NCBI GenBank assembly: GCA_041662585.1
Contig: JBAZSG010000005.1
Location: 4,181 to 68,180 of the forward strand
Origin: Patescibacteria group bacterium
GTDB taxonomy: Bacteria > Patescibacteriota > Patescibacteriia > UBA1558 > GWA2-36-10
Reading direction: 5' to 3'
Length of the DNA stretch: 64,000 nucleotides
Under the pieces are notes generated by a model that saw nothing but the letters and a program-made list of their open reading frames with translations, had not been told where the DNA came from and made no database searches. The position numbers and the translations under genes are program-made. Below are positions 53,101-61,468 of the stretch, one piece after another. How positions within the stretch are numbered: the stretch's first letter is position 1; each line of letters opens with the position of its first letter.

Positions 53101-54144
53101 ATGAAAAAAGCAAATCCCGCAAAACGGGACTCCGCTACGCGGAGGAAAAAAATAAGAGTAGCGATCAATGGTTTTGGACGTATTGGCCGAGCTGCTTTCA
53201 AAATAATAGGTGATAGCAAAAAGTATGAAGTAGTAGCCATTAATGATTTGGCTCCAGTAGAAACTTTGGCTTACCTATTAAAATACGATACAGTCTATGG
53301 TCGGTATAATAAAAAAGTAAGCTACAGTGCCAACAATATAATAGTCAACGCCAAAAAATATCATGTCACTAGTCAAAAAGAACCTCAAAAACTTCCTTGG
53401 AAAAAATTGAACATTGATGTAGTACTAGAATGTACTGGATTTTTTGTAAAAGATGGAGCAGCTTCAGCTCATATTCAGGCTGGCGCTAAAAAAGTCATTA
53501 TATCTGCTCCAACCAAAGGAGAAGGAAATGTAGCTACTTTTTTGTTGGGAGTAAATGAAAATAAATATGGCAAACAAAAAGTAATTTCCAATGCTTCTTG
53601 TACTACTAATTGTATTGCTCCAGTTGCTCAAGTGCTAGTATCTAAGTTTGGAGTAGCCAAAGCTATGATGACTACTATCCATTCATATACTGGTGATCAA
53701 GCACTAGTTGATGGTCCACACAAAGATTTTCGTCGTGGCCGTAGTGCTGCTGCCAATATGGTACCCACTACTTCTGGAGCGGCTATTGCTACAGCCAAAG
53801 TAATTCCTGAATTAGAAGGATTATTTGATGGGCTAGCAATACGTGTACCAACTCCAGTTGTATCTTTATCTGATTTTACTTTTGTTCTCAAAAAAGATGT
53901 AACAGTCAAACAAATAAATGATGCTTTGATCGCAGCTTCCAAAAGTAAAAGATACCAAGGAATATTAGGCGTAACTGACGAGCCAGTAGTTTCATCTGAT
54001 TTTATTGGTGATTCTCGTTCATCTATTGTTGATTTGTCACTTACCAAAGTAGTAGGAGGCAACATGGTCAAGATCATTGCTTGGTATGATAATGAATGGG
54101 GATATTCTGCTAGGTTGGTAGATATGATAGGTCAAATTTCTTAG
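53101..54144 (+). CDS. gap: Glyceraldehyde-3-phosphate dehydrogenase type I
   Basis: INGFGRIGR, SNASCTTNC, WYDNEWGY. Confidence 0.97.
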   Translation: MKKANPAKRDSATRRKKIRVAINGFGRIGRAAFKIIGDSKKYEVVAINDLAPVETLAYLLKYDTVYGRYNKKVSYSANNIIVNAKKYHVTSQKEPQKLPWKKLNIDVVLECTGFFVKDGAASAHIQAGAKKVIISAPTKGEGNVATFLLGVNENKYGKQKVISNASCTTNCIAPVAQVLVSKFGVAKAMMTTIHSYTGDQALVDGPHKDFRRGRSAAANMVPTTSGAAIATAKVIPELEGLFDGLAIRVPTPVVSLSDFTFVLKKDVTVKQINDALIAASKSKRYQGILGVTDEPVVSSDFIGDSRSSIVDLSLTKVVGGNMVKIIAWYDNEWGYSARLVDMIGQIS

Positions 54145-54153
54145 ATTTTTAAT

Positions 54154-54180
54154 AAAACCCTCTAGATATAGGGGGTTTTT
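54154..54180 (+). terminator. Intrinsic terminator after gap
   Basis: AAAACCCTCTA-GATA-TAGGGGGTTTTT. Confidence 0.75.
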
Positions 54181-54233
54181 ATATTGCCAAAACTTAGCTT
54201 TGTGTTACAATAAAATAACCAAGATTAAATAAT

Positions 54234-55616
54234 ATGAATATTAGATTATATAATAGTTTAAGCAAACAAAAAGAAGAATTTAAGCCCATCAAGAAAAAAG
54301 AGGTGGGTCTTTATACTTGTGGACCAACTGTTTAGGATTATCCACATATTGGCAATTTGATGGCCTATACTATTTGGGATGTATTAAAACGAATACTCAA
54401 AGTCAAAGGATACAAGGTCAAACATATCATGAATATTACCGATGTGGGACATCTGACTTCAGACGCTGATGAGGGAGAGGATAAATTAGCCAAAGCTAGT
54501 CGTAATTCTGATCAAAATGCTTGGCAGATAGCCGAGTTTTTTATCAAAGTATTTAGAAATAATTTAGCAGCTTTAAATATTGATGAACCAACTAAATTTT
54601 TAAGAGCGACAGATACTATTGAAGAGCAAATTGACTTTGCTAGAATTTTGGACAAAAAAGGATATTTGTATAAGATAGAAGATGGCATGTATTTTGATAC
54701 TTCAAAAATAAAAGATTATGGCAAGATAGCCAATCTAGCCAATGTTGATCTAAAAGAAGGAGCGCGGGTAGAAAAAATAAAAGGAAAAAAGCATCCAACG
54801 GACTTTGCAGTTTGGAAATTTACTCCAGAAGATATCACCAGAGATATGGATTGGGAGTCACCTTGGGGACTTGGTTTTCCAGGTTGGCATTTGGAATGTT
54901 CAGTTATGAGTCGTATGGAGCTGGGCGATACTTTTGATATTCATACTGGTGGTATGGATCATTTGACTGTTCATCATCCCAATGAAATGGCTCAATCAGA
55001 AGCAGTGACTGAAAAATTACAAGCCAATTATTGGTTGCACAATGCTTTTGTAAAAGTGGATGGTGGGAAAATGTCCAAATCTAATGGTACTTTTATCACT
55101 TTGGAAAATATTCGAAACAAAGGTTTTTCTCCAATCGCTTTTCGTTTTTTGATTTTACAAAATCATTATCGTAGTCCACTCAATTTTACTTTTGAATCTT
55201 TGCAAGCTGCTCAACATGGTTTGATTGCCATAATTCGTGAAATTGCTTTTTATGGCAAACCAAAAGGATCTTGCAAGGAACTAGAAGAAGAATTTTATGA
55301 AGCCATCAGCAATGATCTCAATACTTCCAAAGCTGTATCAATATTACAAAAAGTTATTGATTCTGATCACAAAAATAATGCCAAGATGGCTACTATACTC
55401 AAGATGGATGAGGTACTTGGCTTGTGTTTAGAGGGCTTGGCTTATCATGCTCTGGAAATTGGTGATGAAGCCCAGATTATCTTGGAAGAAAGAGCCAAAG
55501 CTCGCGCTAGAAAAGATTGGGCAGCAGCAGATAAGCTCAGAGACAAATTGACAGTTTTGGGCGTAGAAGTTCAAGATACGCCTGAAGGACAAAAAGCTGT
55601 AGAAGTAAAATTATAA
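54234..55616 (+). CDS. cysS: Cysteine--tRNA ligase with in-frame TAG at codon 34
   Basis: MNIRLYNSL...YTCGPTV*DYPHIGN; [27 protein letters not shown]. Confidence 0.92.
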
Positions 55617-55619
55617 TTT

Positions 55620-56357
55620 ATGCAAGTAAATAAAAAACAAATAGAATTTTTGATCAAACTCAAAAAAAAGAAATATCGTGACGAGCATCAAAAATTTTTG
55701 TTCGAAAATCCTAAAGTAATTTGGGAAGAATTTTCCAATCCTTTACTTGATTCAGTTTATGTTACAGACAATTTTTATAAAGACAATGAAGATAGGATGG
55801 TTTTTAAGACCATCTATCGTTTATCTGAAAAAGATTTAAAAAAAATATCAAATCAAGTAAATCCTTTGGGGATGCTAGCTTTATTTGATATGCCTCATCC
55901 CAAAAAGTTTATATTCAAATCAAAGCATGTGTTGATTTTGGATAATATAGCTGATCCTGGTAATATGGGCACTATTATTCGTACGGCCGATTGGTTTGGT
56001 TTCAATCATGTATTTTTGGGTACGGGCTGTGTAGAAATCTATAATCCAAAAGTAGTAGCAGCTAGTATGGGTTCTATTTTTAATATTTCTATCAATGAAG
56101 AAGTTGATCTCAAAAATTTTATAAAAGATTTAAAAAATGAAGCTTACCAGATAATAGTAACTGATTTGATGGGAGATGAATTTAGTATCAACAAAAAAAA
56201 TAATATAGCTCTCATCATTGGCAATGAAGCTAAGGGGGTAGATAAAAAATTGATTGCTATGGCTGATCAGCGTTTTAAGATAATGAAGTCAGGCAAAGCT
56301 GAATCTTTGAATGCCGCTGTAGCCGCAGGCATTGTGATGAATAAAATAAAGTTTTGA
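55620..56357 (+). CDS. TrmH/SpoU-family RNA methyltransferase
   Basis: DPGNMGTIIRTA, GNEAKG, ESLNAAVAAG. Confidence 0.92.
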   Translation: MQVNKKQIEFLIKLKKKKYRDEHQKFLFENPKVIWEEFSNPLLDSVYVTDNFYKDNEDRMVFKTIYRLSEKDLKKISNQVNPLGMLALFDMPHPKKFIFKSKHVLILDNIADPGNMGTIIRTADWFGFNHVFLGTGCVEIYNPKVVAASMGSIFNISINEEVDLKNFIKDLKNEAYQIIVTDLMGDEFSINKKNNIALIIGNEAKGVDKKLIAMADQRFKIMKSGKAESLNAAVAAGIVMNKIKF

Positions 56358-56413
56358 CGACTTAAATTTTTTAGATTATAATACTATAACATAATAATTT
56401 AATATATAAAATT

Positions 56414-56647
56414 ATGAAGAAGAAAAGTGAAGTAACTAATTTGGAAATTTTGGAGGCTCTCAATGAATTTTCTACATCTGTAGACAAACGTTTTGATGGC
56501 GTAGACAAACGTTTTGATGGCGTAGAGAGTAGATTGGCTCATTTAGAGTTTAATCAAGAAGAAATTTTATTAAAGCTTGATAACAAAGCTTGCAAATTAG
56601 ATGTTATAAATTTAACAAAAAGAGTAGAGCTTTTAGAAGGTAAATAA
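56414..56647 (+). CDS. Small coiled-coil protein with heptad repeats
   Basis: VDKRFDG x2 (21-bp tandem 56480-56521); own terminator. Confidence 0.7.
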   Translation: MKKKSEVTNLEILEALNEFSTSVDKRFDGVDKRFDGVESRLAHLEFNQEEILLKLDNKACKLDVINLTKRVELLEGK

Positions 56648-56850
56648 TAATATTAAATAAAATAACTTGTGATTAATTTTACGGGTTATTTTTTGTTTAC
56701 CTAAAAAGAGGAGAGGGTGTTGACAAGATTTTTTTAGAAGTATATATTTAATATGAAAGTATAAGACGGCTATTAACTTAGCGACGGCTTATAAAAATGT
56801 CCTCTGACAATTTATCATTTATTTTCAACATCTTGAAAGGAAGTATAATC

Positions 56851-57564
56851 ATGATTCAGGCAATAGTTTTAGCAGCCGGTATTTCTACCAGAATGCGTCC
56901 ATTAACAAATAATGTGCCTAAACCGATGCTTGAATTAGCTGGTAAGCCAATTTTGCATTACGTGATAGAAAATTTACGAAATGCAGGCATCGAGCATATT
57001 ATTATTACTACTCATTACTTACCATTGGTTATTAGAGATTATTTTGGGAACGGCTCTCAACTTAACGTAAAAATAACTTATAGCTATGAAGAAAATCTTC
57101 TCGATACAGCTGGTTCCCTTAAAAAATTGGAATCATTATTAGAAGATAATTTTCTAGTTTGTGGCGGACATTTTATTTTACCGACTATTGATTTTAATAG
57201 TTTAATAGAGTTCCATCATAGTATGAGTGGTATAGGCACTATTGTGTTTAAAAGACTGGATGAATTAGAAAATTTAAAGTTTTTTGGACAAGGGATATTC
57301 GATGATGAGGAAAGGTTAATATACTTTGTTGAAAAACCTAAGGAAGCTATTAGTCGCAATATACACACCACTTATCAGATTTTTAACAAGAGAGTATTGA
57401 AATATATTCCTAAAAATAGACCTGTTTCTATTCCGGATTTCCTTATTCCGCGACTATTGTCTGACGGAGAGTCATTGTATGGGCACTTTACAGACAGTGA
57501 ATTAATTAATGTATCTACTATTGAGCTTTATAAGAGGGCTCAAGAAAAGATTGAAAGGATGTGA
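56851..57564 (+). CDS. Sugar-phosphate nucleotidyltransferase (NTP_transferase family)
   Basis: AIVLAAGISTRMRPLT...PKPML, DTAG, FVEKP; SD GAAAGGA. Confidence 0.9.
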   Translation: MIQAIVLAAGISTRMRPLTNNVPKPMLELAGKPILHYVIENLRNAGIEHIIITTHYLPLVIRDYFGNGSQLNVKITYSYEENLLDTAGSLKKLESLLEDNFLVCGGHFILPTIDFNSLIEFHHSMSGIGTIVFKRLDELENLKFFGQGIFDDEERLIYFVEKPKEAISRNIHTTYQIFNKRVLKYIPKNRPVSIPDFLIPRLLSDGESLYGHFTDSELINVSTIELYKRAQEKIERM

Positions 57565-57568
57565 AATA

Positions 57569-58411
57569 ATGTGTACTCAGATAGCTAATTTAGATTGGTT
57601 TATTACCAGAAAATGTGGGCAAAGAAAATATTGTAAATTTTGTTTTGCACCATGGAATGTTTTTCCACCAGATACCACACTCAGTGGAGCTATGGATATT
57701 TGTGAGCGCATTGGCGAGCTTAAAATTCCTATTGTGACATTGTGTGGTGGAGAACCGAGTGAACATCTTTATATAGCAGAAGTTGTACAAAAACTGTATA
57801 AGCTTGGTATTCAGATTACGCTATATTCTAATATAGCGTGTCAGGAAAACATGGAGATAATCAAATGTTTATTGCCAAATATTCAAATTTTATCACTCCC
57901 TATAGATGCGGTCAGTTTGGATGTGTTACCAAAAATGCGTGGCGTACATCAATTTGAGACTATGTCATCTATGCTCAAGTATTTAGTATGTATTTTACAT
58001 AGGCCTAAAATTAAGGTTGGTACTGTAGTTACCAAACAGAATGTTTCAGATTTGGATAATATTTTAGAATTTTTACTAAAGGCAGAGATTATTGATGTTT
58101 GGAGAATATATCAGTATTCACCCTATGGTAAACAAGCTAATATTATTGATAATTTCTTGTTAGAAGATGAGATTTTTGAGAGGGAAATGATTCGTATCAA
58201 AAATCAAACAAGAAATTGTGGTCTAGATATATCATTTCGTAATAGACGTGATAATATCGGTTATTGTCATATTATGGACTCTCAAGGTAATTTTTATTAC
58301 TACAAGGAAGAATATATAAATTTGGGAGTTACTATATATGACACGCCTAGTCAGATACTGAAACATTATGATGAGAATAGAAATTATCATCAAAAGGGTT
58401 GGCAACAATGA
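57569..58411 (+). CDS. Radical SAM protein, viperin-like, CX5CX2C motif
   Basis: TRKCGQRKYCKFCF, GGEP, LSLPID, KVGTVV, WRIYQY; SD GAAAGGA. Confidence 0.8.
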   Translation: MCTQIANLDWFITRKCGQRKYCKFCFAPWNVFPPDTTLSGAMDICERIGELKIPIVTLCGGEPSEHLYIAEVVQKLYKLGIQITLYSNIACQENMEIIKCLLPNIQILSLPIDAVSLDVLPKMRGVHQFETMSSMLKYLVCILHRPKIKVGTVVTKQNVSDLDNILEFLLKAEIIDVWRIYQYSPYGKQANIIDNFLLEDEIFEREMIRIKNQTRNCGLDISFRNRRDNIGYCHIMDSQGNFYYYKEEYINLGVTIYDTPSQILKHYDENRNYHQKGWQQ

Positions 58412-58457
58412 TAGGTATATAATAAATGCACTAAGATAAGAGATTATTTTGGTGCAT

Positions 58458-58940
58458 TTACTTAACTATTTTGATTAGTTTTTTTATAGCTGGATAAATA
58501 GTTCGATGGGTATTTGACTTTGTGATTTGTTTAAATGGTGTCCAATTCACACTACTTATTTCATTACCATCGGCTGTATTAATTATAGATTTATTCTGTT
58601 TTTTATCAAATAGGGAAGACTTAAATACCATTATTATGGAATTATAAAATTGTTTGGACATACGATTATAAAAATTTTCTTGAGAAAGATAGAATGGTAT
58701 ATCAGCATCAATATTTATTTTGTAACCAGTTTCTTCATAACATTCACGTTTTAATCCTTCTAATATAGTTTCATTTTTTTCTACAGCTCCGCCAGGTAAT
58801 TCAAATAAAGTATTCCAAGTTGGTATTACAGTCAGTACTTTATTATCTTTAATGATCAGGGCATAGACTGATATACGCCAATTTACACTTTTTCCTTTGG
58901 GAAGTTTATATTTATTACCATTAGCATCTAAAAATTCCAT
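58458..58940 (-). CDS. NUDIX hydrolase
   Basis: LPGGAVEKNE....GLKRECYEETG. Confidence 0.9.
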   Translation of the reverse strand: MEFLDANGNKYKLPKGKSVNWRISVYALIIKDNKVLTVIPTWNTLFELPGGAVEKNETILEGLKRECYEETGYKINIDADIPFYLSQENFYNRMSKQFYNSIIMVFKSSLFDKKQNKSIINTADGNEISSVNWTPFKQITKSNTHRTIYPAIKKLIKIVK

Positions 58941-59020
58941 AAAAGTATTATTTAATTATATAAATCATAATAGCACAGTACTATAAAAAATAAAAATTTA
59001 ATTTTACTTAATATATTTTT

Positions 59021-59536
59021 ATGCAATTCATATACGACAAAAAAATAGACAATGATTGTCATCAGAGAATTAAGGCCTGTGATGATATTTTTGGTGAGAA
59101 AATCAGAAAGGAAATTTATCCAGTTGATAATAATATTGTTGATAAATTTTCTCAAAAATGGACTGATGAGGTTGATATAACTTTTAAAGCAGGTATTAAA
59201 GAAATATTTAAAAAAGAATTACCCGAAGATTTTATTTGCTATATTATTTCTAGTCAATATTCTATGGACGTAGAAGATGGTATAGCCATATCAGTTTCTT
59301 CTTTAAACGTGATGATAAGAATGATTTGTCATGAAGCAAATCACTACATGTTTCGCAGAAGTGATTATAAAGATAAATATTTTCCAAATATGGATATAGA
59401 AGATGCTAAGGAAATATTTACTATTGTCAATAACATTTATTTTAAAGATATTATGGAAACACCAGACAATGGTTGGAAAAAATTTTGGACGCAGAGAAAA
59501 GAATTTTTAGAAATATGGCAGTCTAATAATCTATAA
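59021..59536 (+). CDS. Hypothetical protein with HExxH (zincin-like) motif
   Basis: ICHEANHY...AKEIFT. Confidence 0.6.
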   Translation: MQFIYDKKIDNDCHQRIKACDDIFGEKIRKEIYPVDNNIVDKFSQKWTDEVDITFKAGIKEIFKKELPEDFICYIISSQYSMDVEDGIAISVSSLNVMIRMICHEANHYMFRRSDYKDKYFPNMDIEDAKEIFTIVNNIYFKDIMETPDNGWKKFWTQRKEFLEIWQSNNL

Positions 59537-59566
59537 AACATTCTATATTAAAATGTATATAAAAGC

Positions 59567-59734
59567 ATGATAAATAAAATTAGAAAATTTAATATATTAT
59601 TTTTACCAAGTATGCTGCTATTATTTGTTTGTTCAGCTATGCTAGCTATAATATGGGCAATAGGATATTCAGGCTATTGGATATTTTCTAGATTTAAATT
59701 AAATACAGAGAAGAAAAGCAATTTTGTGAGTTAA
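59567..59734 (+). CDS. Small membrane peptide (55 aa), paralog 1
   Basis: MINKIRKFNILFLPSMLLLFVCS...; paralogous to 60309. Confidence 0.55.
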   Translation: MINKIRKFNILFLPSMLLLFVCSAMLAIIWAIGYSGYWIFSRFKLNTEKKSNFVS

Positions 59735-59864
59735 TTAGAAAAAAACAGGCAAACTAATAATTAGTTTGTTAAAAAATGAAGAAGAAAAACGTTTTTGGGA
59801 GCTAAGTTAGTCTCCCCAGTTGGTTCAATCCACTGGGGAGACAGAAAATTATTCAAAATTAATT

Positions 59865-60299
59865 ATGATTTCAAGTAAAAAATTAGAAAATTTTAATAAA
59901 AAATTTGATGTAGTATCTTTGTTTGTAATTGTTGGTAATAAAATATTACTTTTGAAAAGGCACGATGACAAGCCACAGCCTGGATTGTGGGGACCTCCTG
60001 CTGGCAAAGTAGATGAAGGTGAATCTTTAAAACAAGGAATGATTAGAGAAACTTTTGAAGAGTCTGGTGTAAGTATAAAAAACGATGAATTAAAGCATTT
60101 TAAAAAAGAATATTTTGTTAGACATGGGGACGTAGATTTTATTTTTCATGTATTTGCAGTATATCGTGATGATTTTATGGAAGTAAATATAAATGGCACA
60201 GAGCATATTGAATATGGATGGTTTGATATGCAAGAGGCATTAAATATGGATTTGGTAGAAGATGAATATATTCCATTAAAAGATTATTTTAATTTATGA
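59865..60299 (+). CDS. NUDIX hydrolase
   Basis: PAGKVDEGE....GMIRETFEESG; EH..YGW. Confidence 0.9.
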   Translation: MISSKKLENFNKKFDVVSLFVIVGNKILLLKRHDDKPQPGLWGPPAGKVDEGESLKQGMIRETFEESGVSIKNDELKHFKKEYFVRHGDVDFIFHVFAVYRDDFMEVNINGTEHIEYGWFDMQEALNMDLVEDEYIPLKDYFNL

Positions 60300-60308
60300 G
60301 ATTTATAT

Positions 60309-60539
60309 ATGATAAATAAAATTAGAAAATTTAATATACTATTTATTCCAACTATGCTCTTATTATTTTTTTGTTCTATTTTATTAACTATTATTTGGGC
60401 AGTAGGTTATGGGTGTTATTGGGTATTTTTTAGATTTAAATTAATGATTAATTGTTATATATGTAAAAATTTAGGAAGTAGAAGTCCCGCGGAGCGGGAT
60501 CGCCCTTTGGGAGAAAAAGCAATTTTGCGGGTTAATTAG
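60309..60539 (+). CDS. Small membrane peptide, paralog 2, C-terminus includes a palindromic element
   Basis: MINKIRKFNILFIPTMLLLFFCS...; SPAERDRPLGE encoded by 60485-60514. Confidence 0.5.
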   Translation: MINKIRKFNILFIPTMLLLFFCSILLTIIWAVGYGCYWVFFRFKLMINCYICKNLGSRSPAERDRPLGEKAILRVN

Positions 60540-60718
60540 AAAAAAACAGGCAAACTAATTATTAGTTTGTTAAAAAATGAAGAAGAAAAGCAATTTTGTG
60601 AGTTAATTAGTTGTTCTTTGACAAAAATATCTATCTTTGAATATAAAGATGATGAATAAAAGCGATTTTGGCAGATAACTAGTCTATGTTATACTTTATT
60701 TATAATTAATTAAAATAC

Positions 60719-61297
60719 ATGAATAAGAAGACAATAGGTTTATTAAGCATGCTCGTTTTTATATTGTTAATCATTTGGGGTTATAATAGTTTATATAATC
60801 CAAAGGTTGTTGATAATATCAATACTAATTCTGATAATAAACCAGAAGAAGTAGACACTAGTGATTGGAGGGAGTATAGGAATGAGGAATTGGGATTTGA
60901 GTTTAAGTATCCGAGTGGTTGGATGATGGAGGAAAATAAGAATTTTGATAATAATGAAGAAATAGGATATATTTCATTTAGAGTGGCTACTACCACAGCT
61001 AATCCTTATACTTTTGGGACATCAAGAGTTTTAATAACAATATTTCCCAATCCTGAAAATATAACACCAGAAGAGATAATAATTAAATATAATAATTTTG
61101 CAAATGATGTACTAAATAGTCGGTTTTTAGGAGAGGTAATTTTAGATAACAAAATAGTTAAAAAATATAGCATTCCTGGTTATGTAGAGCTACCATCATT
61201 AATATTTAAATATAAACAGATGGTTTACGAAATATCTTATACTTTAGGAGAAGAGGAGTTAAATAAAATTTTATACACTTTTAAATTTATAAACTAA
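60719..61297 (+). CDS. Membrane-anchored PsbP-like surface protein (CPR-typical)
   Basis: TM, DTSDWREYRNEELGFEFKYPSGW, ILYTFKF. Confidence 0.75.
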   Translation: MNKKTIGLLSMLVFILLIIWGYNSLYNPKVVDNINTNSDNKPEEVDTSDWREYRNEELGFEFKYPSGWMMEENKNFDNNEEIGYISFRVATTTANPYTFGTSRVLITIFPNPENITPEEIIIKYNNFANDVLNSRFLGEVILDNKIVKKYSIPGYVELPSLIFKYKQMVYEISYTLGEEELNKILYTFKFIN

Positions 61298-61468
61298 AAT
61301 AAAAAATTTATATTCAAAGATAGAGAGTTTAAACAATAAAGTTTAGGCTCTTTTTGTGTCCTTTGACAATTTAAACAATAAACAAGAAAGGAGGTTTTAT
61401 AGAGTGTTCTATTGCTTTGTGTTTTTTGGTAATTCTAACTGTAAATTTTGTAGTAAGGAGATTTTGCA

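Noticed and set aside
49111-54335. Genome-wide TAG or TGA recoding
   Set aside because: The internal TAGs replace different residues (likely Trp in a frameshifted pseudogene, Tyr in cysS); conserved genes end at TAG and TGA; RF1 is intact.
59811-59841. tRNA fragment (GGTTCAATCC)
   Set aside because: Forms a simple 10-bp hairpin with no cloverleaf or CCA; the TTG-start extension of the NUDIX ORF across it is probably spurious.
59700-60610. Repeated tails as CRISPR repeats or integron attC sites
   Set aside because: Irregular spacing, no clear RYYYAAC/GTTRRRY boxes, and no cas gene or integrase in the window.
60612-61372. BoxA-like antitermination sites (TTCTTTGACAA, CCTTTGACAAT)
   Set aside because: Equally explained as TTGACA -35 boxes; cannot be distinguished from sequence alone.
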